A DNA stretch of 64,000 nucleotides from Octopus vulgaris (lineage: Eukaryota), in NCBI GenBank assembly GCA_951406725.2, contig OX597817.1, positions 23,994,001-24,058,000 of the forward strand, given 5' to 3'. Made by a program: the position numbers and the translations under genes. The notes under the pieces are model-generated. The model was given only the letters and a program-made list of their open reading frames with translations, searched no databases and was not told the origin of the DNA. Each line of letters opens with the position of its first letter. Position 1 is the stretch's first letter. Positions 1 through 13,394 of this stretch are shown here, piece by piece.

Positions 1-246
1 CAGACACGTGCACCCTTAACGTAGTTCTCGGGGATATTCAGCGTGACACAGAGAGTGACAAGGCCGGTCCCTTGAAATACACGTACAACAGAAACAGGAA
101 GTAAGAGTGAGAGAAAGTTGTGGTGAAAGAGTACAGCAGGGATCACCACCATTCTCTGCCGGAGACTCGTGGAGCTTTTAGGTGTTTTCGCTCAATAAAC
201 ACTCACAACGCCCGGTTTGGGAATCGAAACCGCGATCCTATGACCT
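1..246 (-). mobile_element. tRNA-derived SINE, head B + tail X (partial; cut by window edge, 5' head truncated)
   Basis: Near-identical to 15004-15246 of the complete copy at 14901-15288. B-box-like GGTTTCGATTCCC on the minus strand near 220-232. Confidence 0.9.
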
Positions 247-1329
247 GAAGCATTCATGACAGGTCACCGATTAGAAGTTACATTCCTCCAACAAGTCCAG
301 AAAACTCTGGAAAAAGATACTTTCTCTCTTGATCATAATATGGAAAATAAATTCCCTTGTATAACAATAATTCCCTTCTTTTTGTTCCGCCAGCTACAGA
401 AGCTTCAAAAAATGTATTGGGAGCTACCGCACGTTCTTTGATAATGCTACTAAAAGCAACGGCAACACAAAAAAAAGAAAGAAACTGTTGAATATACTCT
501 GAATAAACTGGAACGAAGCTACTTCTTTATGCAGTGAAATTTGTAGTACGCTGTATTTAGTGGCTTTGAAATATTATGTACGAAAAAATTCTTTTGCAAC
601 CAATAGAGATTTTATATCCGGTGTGTGTGATGAGGTTTTTACACACACTTCTTGCATGCAACATCTAATCATGGCTATAATCAGTGCTGGATTAACCATT
701 AAGCAAAATAAGCACGTGCTTAGGGCATCAAGGAAAGTAGGGCACCACAGAAATAGTAAATGGTTTACGGCACAAAAGAAATCACTTTAAACTTGCTAAA
801 ATAATATTCGATGTGCTTTATAAGATCGGAAATATAATTTTGAAATGTTCATGGTGTTGTTGCAAGACTATTGTCATCCTTTCAGGGTCGATAAGATAAT
901 TACCAGTCAATCACTGGGAGTCGATGTAATTGACTTACCAAGTCTCTACGACTCTGTTGGCATTGTACACAAATTTGAAGCAAGAATTTCAAGAAATACT
1001 GTCATTTACGATCACTAGCCAGTAGATTGTTTAAAACTTAAGTTAAAATGGAAACTTGAGAAATCAAGAACAGACCTATATATCCATTTCCTACATTAAC
1101 AAGTGTATACAATGTAAAGTCTGTGTCCATCATTCCCGATAACAATATCCTATTACTGCTACGTAAAATTTGATATAACTTCTAAGAATCACATACTCAT
1201 ATGATATTGAAATATGGAAGTCTGTATGTTTGAATTTTTCTCTGTACAAACTTATCTCAGCATCTAAGTGTGTTTATTTAATTTTATAAACACAAATATA
1301 ACAGTCTCTGTTTGCGTTATGTACGCATA

Positions 1330-1786
1330 CATATACATGCCTGTGCGTACGTGCATGTATGTATATACATACATACACTCACATATATGTACATATATGT
1401 ATATATGTATGTATGTGTATATATATGTATGAATGTATGTATGTATGTATTATGTATGTATGTATGTATGTATGTATGTATGTATGTATGTATCAATGTA
1501 TGTATGTATGCATATATGTATGTGTAGAGAAACGAAGTCAGATCTACATGGTTAAATATGGTGACACTAAGAATCTGAAAAATGAGGAGGGAATGAGAGG
1601 GGAGAGAACGAAAGAGGATTTCATTTCAGAAAGTCGGATAAGCTTATACATATACATATTTAAACAGATATTTCATAAATTTTAATTTGTACGATTATGT
1701 AAGTATAAATTCACAATCACTTAATTCATATTAATACACACTAATACAAATTTATAAAAGTGTTGTATATATATAGATGCTTTCAG

Positions 1787-1829
<43 letters not shown>

Positions 1830-1910
1830 CACATATACATACACATATATATATATATATGTATATGTATATGTATATATATATTTAAATATATATATAT
1901 ATATCTGTAA

Positions 1911-1944
<34 letters not shown>

Positions 1945-1950
1945 ATATAT

Positions 1951-1999
<49 letters not shown>

Positions 2000-2040
2000 G
2001 AGAGAGGGAGAGACAGGAAAGAGAGAGAGAAAGAGTATAA
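1330..2040. repeat. (TATG)n, (TA)n and (GA)n microsatellite blocks
   Basis: Read directly. Explains the MYVC/YI-repeat ORFs here. Confidence 0.95.
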
Positions 2041-2829
2041 AATAAATATATAATGTGTATGTATGAGTGTGTTTAAAACCTTAGATCGGATTAGATATGA
2101 TAAATTAACAATTATTCGCATTCTTGTTGGTAGTATTATCAAATACAGAATCTAATTAATTAATTAATTAGTTTGCTATTTGATATCATATTTGTGTGTT
2201 ATTTTCAACTCTCAGTCAGTTTGTTTCTTTCTCTTTTTCTCTCACTCTCCACGTCTTGCTGATGTTTACTGGCGGCCATACTTGTTGTTTCTAGCATTAT
2301 TGAGAAATGTCTAATTAGGATAAGAGTAACTTTGGCTAACTCTGTGCAAGTCAGACGCTTATTCCGCAAACAATAATGAAGATAACCTGTGTAGTGGAGC
2401 ATGTAACTTCAAAACTGGTGCAGAATAGAATCTCTTTAATACCTACAGAGAACCTCTCTATTGTATGTGAGATGTGAATGCACCTGGTCAATGTTGTAAA
2501 GCGATTTGTAATAATAAGGACTTCTAGCAAAAGCAAAGGAAGAAGGAGGAAAGAAAGAAAGAAACAAACAAACAAAGAAAAAGCAAGAAAGAAAGAAAAA
2601 AGAAAGAATATGCTGAAATACATTGAAAACACAAATACACATACTGCTGTAGTATCACGTTTGTGTACCATACCGTAGAGGGACAGTCATTTGGAAAGAT
2701 CTGATTATGTACAATAAGATTCCCGACCATCAAGCGATCAAACAAAGTGTTTCCTTTTAATCACAGAAAACACATTAAACAACAAGGGACCACTCACAAC
2801 CGGCAAGTGCCTTATCTTTCTGCCATGTG

Positions 2830-3240
2830 CAAAACTTCAAGGTAGCTACAATCAATCTTAGTTTGATGGAAAGTGGATTCAGAGGGATTATAATGATACT
2901 GGAGTGCAAGATGCGTGTTGTGAATAAATGTTTAGGTGAAAGTAAGTCTTAACCAGACATTTCAGTTCTTTTTCTCAGGTGACAGAAGTGGCAGATTTTG
3001 TAAGCATATTGTGGTAGAGAATTTGAGGTAACCAGATTATTAGTCAGGATAATTAACTTTAGATTAAACATGGACAGCACTATAATACCTGTTGTGGCTC
3101 TATGTACCATAGACAACACAACGGATTGGTTAGCATGCACCAATAGGTGTATATTGTTAGCATGTCCGAACAATGGATCACAAGTGAGCTGAGAAAATGG
3201 GCAGATGAGGAATGAGATGTATTATGTAAGAAACTCAGCT
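2830..3240 (+). mobile_element. Highly decayed LINE (RTE-like) AP-endonuclease remnant
   Basis: Broken-frame fragments FKVATINL, FQFFFSGDRSG and RIINFRLN resemble APE motifs. Many stops. Confidence 0.3.
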
Positions 3241-3411
3241 GATGCCGATACGTAAAGTGTGTGGAGGATTTTTGTTAGGCAGAGAAGTGCCAACCACTCA
3301 TGGGAATTGATAAAAATGGATCGCAGGACACTTGCACCTCAAGAAGGAGATGACGGGAATCGCAACAAGTGGCAAATCGCTGTATTGAACAATATCGTTT
3401 TACGTCCATTT

Positions 3412-3412
3412 C

Positions 3413-3468
<56 letters not shown>

Positions 3469-3819
3469 GATGGTGGTGTTGATGACGACGATGATGATGA
3501 TGATGATGTTATGTGTATGTATGTTTGTGCTTCATTTATGAACATGTTTATATATTCATATATGTATGCATACATTAAAATATTACATTTGTACACGAAC
3601 TCGTAATCACAAACATCATAAATGTACATTCTTGAAGAACCCCCACGCACAAACTTAGATATACGCACTAAAGTAAAGTGATTCAATTTCTTGATTTATT
3701 TCAAGAATACAAATTTTAAGATGTTTCTAAGATGTTCATCTTATATGTTGCTTATTTATTGGTATGTATGTATCTATTCGTTTGTACGTGTGTGTATTTG
3801 TGTGTGTGTGTGTGTGAGT

Positions 3820-3876
<57 letters not shown>

Positions 3877-3908
3877 TGTGTGTGTGTCTGTGTGTGTGTG
3901 TGTGTGTG
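3412..3908. repeat. (GAT)n/(GGT)n tract (3412-3508) and (TG)n tract (~3790-3908)
   Basis: Read directly. Confidence 0.95.
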
Positions 3909-4432
3909 CATAATTAAATTATTCATTCTGAATCTCAAAACGGAATGCACGTATGTGACTTAGTATCAAACCACTAACATCTGCCCAATGTATTCATTTT
4001 GTTTCAGGGGATAATTTTCTCTAAATTTATATGACACAGAAGAAATTGGAACTAGTAGCATCTGTTTAAAATTACAACGAATACCAATTTCATATAAGCC
4101 CAACATATCAATGCGTTTTCTTTCTCAAAAAGTAATTCTTATAACGTTTTATGTGCACGACACAGTTAAATCAATGTTTTTATGAATTAAAAGTCTTTAT
4201 ATAAATTCCATGACTAATTTCTGGTTCATTGGATTTATTCATATGTTGATACATCACAAATTTGTCTATGTAAACAAGAGTTCCATCTTCTACATGGATA
4301 AACCCCTAGTCTATTTCAGATTATAATTCCTAGAAGTTCTTGTAACCCAAGTCACCTCATAATGATGAAGTACTCTATTCAGAAACACAAAGAAATGCAG
4401 CGCATTTCGAATCTTTTAGCGGGTGACCTAAA

Positions 4433-4759
4433 AAAAAAGACTCCACCGGTTACGACGACGAGTGTCCCAGCTGATACGATCAACGGAACAGCTTGCTCGT
4501 GAAATTAACGTGCAAATGGCTTAGCATTCCACAGACACGTGTACCCTTAACGTAGTTCTCGGGGATAATCAGCGTGACACAGAGAGTGACAAGGCTGACC
4601 CTTTGAAATACAAGTACAACTCATTTTTGACAGCTGAGTGGACTGGAGCAACGTGAAATAAAGTGTCTTGCTCAAGGACACAACGCGTCGCCGGGAATCG
4701 AACTCACAACCTTACGATCATGAGCCGAATGCCCTAACCACTAAGCCACGCGCCCTCAC
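4433..4759 (-). mobile_element. tRNA-derived CORE-like SINE, head A + tail X
   Basis: Minus strand has A box TGGCTTAGTGG and B box GAGTTCGATTCC, then CORE-like TGTGTCCTTGAGCAAGACACTTTATTTCACGTTGCTCCAGTCCACTCAGCTG. 16-bp TSD TAGCGGGTGACCTAAA at 4417-4432 and 4760-4775. Confidence 0.92.
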
Positions 4760-5349
4760 TAGCGGGTGACCTAAAGCAACATCTACTCGGGTATTTCAAT
4801 GTGAGAAGTCTCCTTCATAATTCCCTTTTAATCCCATGACACAGTTGAATATCCTATATTAAATTTTCTTTTGGGTGAACAGGATCTTCTTTACTTGGCT
4901 TCGTTACGGTACTAAAAATGAACATATTTTTATTAGCACCAGTTAATAAACTGCAATGATGGCAAAGCTCTACCTACAGGAATTTTAGTTGCTTTTCATA
5001 ATTATAGTACATATTTTAGTCTGCCACTAATTATATATCTCGTAAAGCAAACATACTTTTTGCTTTTGTATGAAAATGAGGCGACTTAACCAACTGATTC
5101 CCACTAATAAACATAAACTCGCAGGCACACATATGCATATATAATAAAATAATTATTATTTCTAATTCCGGTCCTCCACCTACACTTTTCAGGGAAGGGG
5201 TTTGTCGAAAACATCGATACCTCTACAAAACTGTCACATTATTTGATTGACACGCCTCTGATAAAATGCTCACACATATCTATCTGTCTATCTGTCTGTC
5301 TATTTATCTATTTATTTAACTCTGTTACATATATGTGTGTGTGCATGTG

Positions 5350-5385
<36 letters not shown>

Positions 5386-5779
5386 TATATTTATGTATAT
5401 ATATGTATATCCACATATATATACGTATATATACATATATGTGTGTATGTGCTTGATTGTGTGCGTGTCTGTGTGTCTCTATCTATGTCTGTGTGCACGT
5501 GTGTGTATGTATTTGAGTTTAGAGGGATATATTATCCGGACTGATACCGTGGTGGCTCTCAGTTTTGTTACAGGTTACGGCTAACCTCATCAATTAGTAT
5601 ATAGCGTCAGTGACTACGAGGAGTTGTCACACTGTAAACTCCACCGATTGGCAATTCTGTGTCCGCTTCTCTGGATGGTAACATTATCTAGAGTGTATAT
5701 TAGCTAAAATTATAACGAAATATATTTCCTTTCATTTTACAATTTCATAAAGCATATTTTTACATTATTACTACCTACA

Positions 5780-7500
5780 CGTGTTCCCATTGCACTGAGT
5801 ATGAGCAGTTGCACGTGCAATCGAGTATAATCTTCTGTGTAGCTTCATTCTGGGTCTGTCCTTCAGCTAGCCTCGAAACGAACTAAATACTGTTAGTTGT
5901 TTGTTGGGTATGGTTCAGGAGAAAGTGAGAAGTTGTTTAGTATCTGAAATCTGATCTGTTTGTAAGTTTGTATGGTTTCCATCGGTTTCACAATAGTTGC
6001 TGGCCAAAGTCTGGATTCTATTTAATTAGGTCGAGGTTAATGTTACTGCTTTGGCAGGCTTCATTATGTATTGTAGTAGTTGCATACTTAATAACTTTAC
6101 TTTCGAGCGTATTCCTTGTAGTGTAATGCTCTCAGTTATTCGTATATTTTCGTGTATATAGTATTTATGCCTGGTAGTAGAAGGTACACGGAATATATAC
6201 TAGGTTGGTTATGAAAAAGCCACATATCTGTGGAGTTTAGGATATGTGCTTCTATCCTTCTTTTCTCATACATCTGTGGGTGGGATATTGAATAATCTAG
6301 AACTTTCCTTAAATTTCTTAAATGTTTTGGGATGTTTACGCAAACATCTAAAGGCATGTTCCATCTTGCTATTAAGTAATTTGTGTCCGAATGTAAAGAT
6401 TTGATATATTTCTTCAACACCTAACTTACATATATTTCCTCACGCACGATACCACCGGCAGGAGATAGCTGAAGGAGGTGCCCCAACGAATTTCTTTCGG
6501 CATAACTTTCAGAAACATGGATATTTTTTAATGAAATTGTTTACAAATACACTTCAGATTGTGTAGATATGATGTAGATTTGGATTATATTGGAATTTGT
6601 TGTGATTATAAATATTTGGACAAACAGTTTTGATGAGTGTCGGTAGGTATGTGTGCTATCCTTCCAACTTTTATTTAACATGTATAATCGTAATCTATAC
6701 ACTCTGAAACAAATTTCTCGAAATTTTCATTTAAAAATACTTACTTTTTCGAAAGTTATGAGGAAACAGCCGACGCATGTGAATTCTTTTAATCTCCTCT
6801 CACCCCACCCACCTGAATGCATATTATCACAACAAATTCAGATATAATAAGAATCTACACCATCTGAAGCATATTTGTAGCAGATTTCCAAGATATAGCC
6901 CCGCAAGATTATCAGAGATCCTCTTCCATGTTTAACAGCTGGAAGAGGGCATTCTGCGTCTAAAGTTTCTTTTGGCTGTCTCCAGACGTATACTCGAAAA
7001 TAAGAACAACTTCACATGTGCTTTCCAGAACCTTATCTATGCCCTAACCTGCTGAGGTTGTGGTCATAACTATGTGGGCCAAACAAGCCTTACTTTGAGA
7101 TGCAGAGTCGACCTGCATAAAGAACAGATTCGTTTACCTCAATACAGGCAGATAGCTCTGAGTAGACATATCGACAGATGCGCAAGTAATAAAACGCCGA
7201 ATTTTCATATCTTCCCGTTATATCAATGCAAAGATTCAATCTCAGTACAAGAACTCCTAAACAAGGAAAACCTGTCCATACAAAAGTACAGACCACACCT
7301 CAGTATACAAATTTGACCATTCAAAAGAATTATAGTAAGGAGCTAGTTGTCTCCCTTGGCACCTGTTGTCTTCCTTGGTTCACTCTCTAGACTCATTCTT
7401 ACTTTTCAAACATCCCAAATGACGAGATTCCTTTGTCACGAGAATTGATTACTGTATAACGTCCCTTGAAAAGCTAATTTAAATAGCGAAAACATGTTGG
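5780..7500 (-). mobile_element. Possible very old LINE (L2/CR1-like) remnant, interrupted by a DNA-transposon-like segment at ~6480-6870
   Basis: Only weak motif echoes (PRMKLHRRLYSIARATA, LSRLG). No intact frame. Confidence 0.25.
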
Positions 7501-7642
7501 ATCTCACGAACATCCATATAATATTTATATATTTATAAAAAGATATAAACCTGAATGAAACGAAGGCATTTCTCTTCCACTTTTCATATTTGTTTTCCAC
7601 ATATTTTCAACTATATATATATATATACATATGTGTGTGTGC

Positions 7643-7678
<36 letters not shown>

Positions 7679-7732
7679 ATGTATATATATGTATGCATAT
7701 ATGCATGTATATATATATATATATATATATAT

Positions 7733-7845
7733 TGGCCTGCTCGCTTAGCCAGCGGGGTGGCGTCATTCAAAGGCTAAAACAATGCGAACGCATTGTGACT
7801 AGCGATGTGTAACAACATATGATGGTCTGGTGGGTCACGTGATCC

Positions 7846-7850
<5 letters not shown>
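7733..7850. mobile_element. Short (~118 bp) GC-richer insertion within a (TA)n tract
   Basis: Non-simple sequence GGCCTGCTCGCTTAGCCAGCGGGG...CACGTGATCCCGTGA with pure (TA)n on both sides. Confidence 0.6.
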
Positions 7851-7904
<54 letters not shown>

Positions 7905-7937
7905 CATGTATGTATGTATTATGTATGTAACTGCGAA

Positions 7938-8562
7938 AGGTTGAACAGAAAGAACACAACATGGAAAAACGTTAGACGAAAGCAGAGGAAACGGGAACCT
8001 AGACGAAAACATAACGGACAACAAATTTAGACAAAGACACGATACACGGAATATTCACAGCTGAGTTTTCCGCGTCAGTCAATGGCCCAAAATTTTCATA
8101 GTGGTTTTGCACCATTACCATTTGTGCAACCACAACCCCATTAAGTTCGTTCAACAGCTGCAAGGCTCTTTCTTTTGTATTTCTGATATATGTATGATTA
8201 TTATCTTTTTCTTCAGTTGTATATAGCCTTAAGGCTTCATTTTTATATATGCATAATTCTTTGTCTGTTGTAGTTATATAAAGTCTTATTTGTTTCTGTC
8301 TTAATAGCTTTGTCTCTGTAGCTTTTTCTCGGTAGCTTCATAACAGCACTGGCGCCTCCAAATTTGAGTGTCCTCAATGGTAATGATGCGAAACCACTAT
8401 GATATTTTGCGTCATTGACTGACGAAGAAAACTCAGCTGCAACTATTCCATGTATCGTGTCTTTGTCTAAATTCCCCGTCCGTTATGTTTCCGTGCAGTT
8501 TCTCGCTTGCTCTGCTTTCGTCTAACCTTTTCTCCTTGTTGAGTTCTTTCTGTTCAACCCTT
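7938..8562. mobile_element. Diverged ~185-bp inverted repeat pair, probably Penelope-like inverted pseudo-LTRs
   Basis: 7938-8122 is the reverse complement of 8376-8562 (e.g. AATTTAGACAAAGACACGATAC / GTATCGTGTCTTTGTCTAAATT). Flanked by TA/CA microsatellites. Confidence 0.7.
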
Positions 8563-8597
8563 GATACATCCTTGTAGCGCAACGCACCCCTGTTTGT

Positions 8598-8661
<64 letters not shown>

Positions 8662-8844
8662 GGGAGAGAGAGTGAGATAGGTAGATAGATAAATTGAGAG
8701 ATAATTATTCATAAGTATCACAATTATTAATGAATTACCGAATTACTTCTCTCAATATATTTAGTCAAATTAGATTCAAAACCCGATTACCAGATTATAA
8801 ACACAGTTCATGATCATTCATATATTCCTTTCAAATTTAGGCCA

Positions 8845-8914
<70 letters not shown>

Positions 8915-8942
8915 GCTGCTGCTACTGCTGCTGCTGCTGCTG

Positions 8943-9010
<68 letters not shown>

Positions 9011-9400
9011 GTGAAAAATTCTCATCCTACAGAGACTTAAATTTTCGATATTCCGTACTTCAATTTAACAAGATCAGGAATTCAACAGATTCCGGTAAAC
9101 AAGAGAAATAGTTTTTCTTAAGTTATCAATGTAAAGCCTTCCCGTGAAATACTGCAAACATCTCTGTTATACTGTTGTGTTTAGAATTTCCACTATGGCA
9201 TGGCACTGAGATTTCATACATAGAATGCTACTGTGATATTAGATAAACATTGATATAGATTTTCAATGCTTCATTTTGTATTATTATATATTTGTGAAAA
9301 TAGATATACCTATGAAAGAGCATTGTATATATATATGTGGTAGGTATTTGCTATTCGTTGAAATGCGTATATGTACATGTATGTATTATGTATTATGTGC

Positions 9401-9431
<31 letters not shown>

Positions 9432-9467
9432 AATATATATAAATATATATGTAAATATATATGTATA

Positions 9468-9557
<90 letters not shown>

Positions 9558-9560
9558 CAA

Positions 9561-9603
<43 letters not shown>

Positions 9604-9710
9604 ACAAGAGAGAGAGTGATATATACATATGCATTCAGACAGAGAGAAAGAGAGGAATAGATGAATATATATGTGTGTGTGTATACATACATACACACAC
9701 ACACAAACAC

Positions 9711-9794
<84 letters not shown>

Positions 9795-10043
9795 GACAGA
9801 CTTACAAGACAGAAGACTTACACGTATTTGCATATAAAGTGTATTATGTGTGTCTTTGCGTAAGTGACGTAATGTAAAATCTATACACGCATATAAATAT
9901 GCATATACACAAGTAACAATGATTATATCACAATGATGTGAAGGAGTTAAATATTTGATACGAAAATTGATGATAATAATGATGCAAACGAGAGAAATGT
10001 TTATTATTAATTTATTATTAATAATAATAATAGTAATATTATT

Positions 10044-10082
<39 letters not shown>

Positions 10083-10167
10083 TTTGTGAAACATCTTATT
10101 AATTTTTCACTTAATTCATTCGCGTTTTCTATAGCAGCATTTTAGCATTACTCCAAATATGTAACAG

Positions 10168-10206
<39 letters not shown>
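8845..10206. repeat. (TAC)n with internal (TGC)n, long (TA)n/(GA)n blocks, (AAT)n
   Basis: Read directly. Source of the poly-T/poly-S/YI ORFs, including the 233-aa ORF. Confidence 0.95.
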
Positions 10207-10207
<1 letters not shown>

Positions 10208-10689
10208 CAGTTATAAATACTTTAATAAGAAAGTGAATTATTTATTTCACGATGCTAAGAATTGAAATTTTGGTGAGAAACGTATTGTTATGGAGTACCA
10301 TTAATGTTGCAATATTCGAGGTGAGTGTATTTACTTATGACACCTGTTCTGATTTCAAATTCTGTCAACTTAATTTTTGCCTTTAATCTTTTCTAGGCCT
10401 TGCATGAAAATAACTTACACACCAAAAACTATTGGCGATTTTATCGAATTTCTCACATACCTAGCCCTCCCAACATTTTATCGAATTTCTCACATCCCAC
10501 GTTAAAGATAAATAATCCTCGTATTCAAGCGCACGATAATAAATTATTTTGAACTACAAACTTGCTAGTTTGTTTGTTCTGCCACATGTTTTTCTACTGA
10601 GTCTTTGAAAAATCAGTTAAATTCTTAATTCATTGATTTGTTGTGTTGCAAAACCTGTAAATTTGCCTTTTCTGACACTTTCAACTATA

Positions 10690-11269
10690 TCTCTCTATAT
10701 CAGTGGTTTTCAACCAAGGTTCCGCCAGTATAGTGCAGGGGTTCCGCCAGAAGTTACAAAACTGCTAAATCGGCAGTAATTTTTAAGTCTCCTGTGCAGA
10801 TATGTGTGCATAAGACTATTAAATTATTGCACAGGGGTTCCTCGAGCCAGTGGAATGTTTCCTTGGGGTTCCGCTCCAGCAAAAAGTTTGAAAAGCACTG
10901 CTCTGTATATAAACGGCAAAATGTCTGTGTGTGTGTCCTTTATACAAATCCACAATTTTTCAGTTAGAGGGCTCGCACTTTCTATGGTCATTCAAAACCG
11001 TCCATGAAGGGTCGTGCACATCTTTACATTTCCCCAGTCACTCCGCAAAGCCATTAAAAAATCAATAGCAATGACTTTTTTGTGAATTTTCTATCCAAAA
11101 CCCAATCAAAATGCCCGAAACTTGATACGCCAATTGAATGCCAGCTAGCTGTATGTGATTGTTCGGAGATTTGGACAGTACTCGCATGTATGTACGCACG
11201 CACGCACGCACGCAGCTGTATATGCATGCATTAGCACTATGACCCGACGTTGCCGGGTCATAGTGCTAG
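10690..11269 (+). mobile_element. Non-autonomous Helitron, interrupted by a hAT MITE
   Basis: A|TC 5' end, TATATAAA...TGTCTGTGTGTGT leader, subterminal hairpin 11232-11268, CTAG|T 3' end, no TSD. Confidence 0.8.
10701..10900. mobile_element. hAT (Charlie-like) MITE, 200 bp
   Basis: TIRs CAGTGGTTTTCAACC / GTTTGAAAAGCACTG. 8-bp TSD CTCTATAT / CTCTGTAT (7/8). Internal GGGGTTCC motifs. Confidence 0.88.
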
Positions 11270-11710
11270 TACAATATAAAATATTTTCAACAATAACTAC
11301 TACGACATATTTTGAATAACGCTCTAGTGATTCAGCCACAGCTACTTTTTATTGTTAGTTTGATCTGGTTGAAGTAGGTGTACCCATGGCCATTGCAAGC
11401 ATCCCCGTGAGAAACTTGCAGGATTGATGCCATTAACGTTCGGCTCCTAAATTTTGCAAGTCAACACATCAAGCAAAGACATATGCAGCGAGTATAGTCC
11501 AGAGGCTCGGTGGTAGTGGTCACAATGTTTAAGACCGGAGGAGTATAAGCCAATGATTGTAGATTACCTGAATATATATATATATGACCCGTGACCGGAG
11601 AGAGCCAATGAGCAGAAACCATTATAGTAGCAGTAGAAAGGGTAGCACGACGAGTCAACTCGTCGGCGGGTCAAATGTTTATTTTGTTTTATAAATATTA
11701 TAAAATCATA

Positions 11711-12096
11711 CTCTTTTACTTGTTTCAGTCATTTGATTGTGGCCATGCTGGAACACCGCCTTTAGTCGAGCAAATCGATCACAGGTCTTATTCTTTGTAA
11801 GCCTAGTGCTTATTCTTTCGGTCTCTTTTGCTGAACCGCTAAGTTACGGGGACGTAAACACACCAGCATCGGTTGTCAAGCGATGTTGGGGTGACAAACA
11901 TATACACATACATACATACATATATATATATACGACGGGCTTCTTTCAGTTTCCGTCTACCAAATCCACTCACAAAGCTTTGGTCGACTCGAGGCTATAG
12001 TAGAAGACACTTGCCCAAGATGCTACGCAGTGGGACTGAACCCGGAATCATGTGGTTGATAAACGAGCTTCTTACCACACAGCCACTCCTACGCCT
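11711..12096 (-). mobile_element. SINE family C (tRNA-like head, internal CA/TA microsatellite, GTAAAAGA-repeat tail)
   Basis: One of five similar copies in the window. Head AGGCGTAGGAGTGGCTGTGTGGTAAG...CCGGGTTCAGTCCCAC. Confidence 0.9.
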
Positions 12097-12409
12097 ATTG
12101 CGAGAATATTTAGGCATTTATATGTTTCCCGTGATATTCAAGTTCTGTATAGATTCGACTACAATGTAATCATGCACCGCTTTCCACATTTAGATAATCT
12201 TTCAATAAAGATATTTTGGTTTTAAAATAGAGGTGTTTAAAACTTTGTTGTCGTGCAATATATTGTTATTCGTAATGTTTTTAGTTAGTTCCAAATCAGT
12301 TCTGATCGAGCAGACCTATGATCAATATCATTCTAGTTATTAAAATTTCGTTTATTTTAGAAATACGAATAGCGTAGACCAATATATTCCTTTCTGTTTT
12401 ATAAGAGAA

Positions 12410-12805
12410 CTAGCAGTATCACCCGGCGTTGCTCGGGTTTGTAAGGGAAATAACTATATAGGCATTTTTAGAGATGTAAAGTATAATAGCCATCTCAATA
12501 TGGCTAACCACACAGGGAGGGGTGTTACTGTAGCTTTTTACGTTCTGAGATTTAATAATAAATTTTTAGAGAGTTACTTCCCTTATATATGCCGAAAATG
12601 CATTAAAAATGGGAAAAATTGATGGTAAATTTTTTTTAAATCGTAGACTCATCGTAGTCGCGTGCTAATACCCAGAAGGGCTCGATATGAATCACGACTA
12701 TAAGATACCCGGTTTTGGTTAAACTGCACCGCAAAATGTGGGAGTAGTTAGGAATCTAAATTGGAGGAGACAGACAGCACACAACCTTACTTTTATATAT
12801 AAAGA
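12410..12805 (-). mobile_element. Non-autonomous Helitron
   Basis: Minus strand starts A|TCTTTATATATAAAAG...CTGTCTGTCT and ends with hairpin CCCGAGCAACGCCGGG then CTAG|T. Confidence 0.8.
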
Positions 12806-13144
12806 TTAGTAAGATTTCAAGGAGATTTTACTGTTATTTATTTATAGCATTTCATGCGAGTATGTTATAGCTTCCATGCTGTCCATATGGTAGTCGGTGT
12901 CACTAAAGTACGTGTGGGAGAGAGTCTGCAAATTCGGCTCAGAAATGCTATAGCCCACAAGGAGCCAAACTAATGCGTGTTGACTTGTATCCTATCATCA
13001 TTGTTACTGCCGACATAGCTGATGCCAAATAAAAAGTGTTTGGGGAACACTAAATTTGCCGCATTATAAACACATTTGTTTAACATTCTTCACATTTGAC
13101 CAATCAGGGAATGCTGCAGTTGTTTTCCCAAATTTTGTTGCTCT

Positions 13145-13363
13145 CTCTTTTACTCTTTTACTCTTTTACTTGTTTCAGTCATTTGACTGCGGCCATGCTG
13201 GAGCACCACCTTTAGTCGAGCAAATTGACCCCAGGACTTATTCTTTTGTAAGCCCAGTACTTATTCTATCGGTCTCTCTTGCCGAACCGCTAAGGTGACG
13301 GGGACGTAAACACACCAGCATCGGTTGTCAAGCAATGCTAGGGGGACAAACACAGACACACAA

Positions 13364-13394
<31 letters not shown>

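Noticed and set aside
3259-3606. 115-aa ORF with poly-Asp/Gly (and the similar 161-aa ORF at 13335-13820)
   Set aside because: Acidic runs are (GAT)/(GGT) microsatellites. The rest is SINE or decayed repeat sequence.
9276-10094. Long ORFs of 195 and 233 aa, and similar YI/MYVC/HT-repeat ORFs throughout
   Set aside because: They are stop-free translations of (TA)n, (TATG)n, (CA)n and (AAT)n microsatellites, not proteins.
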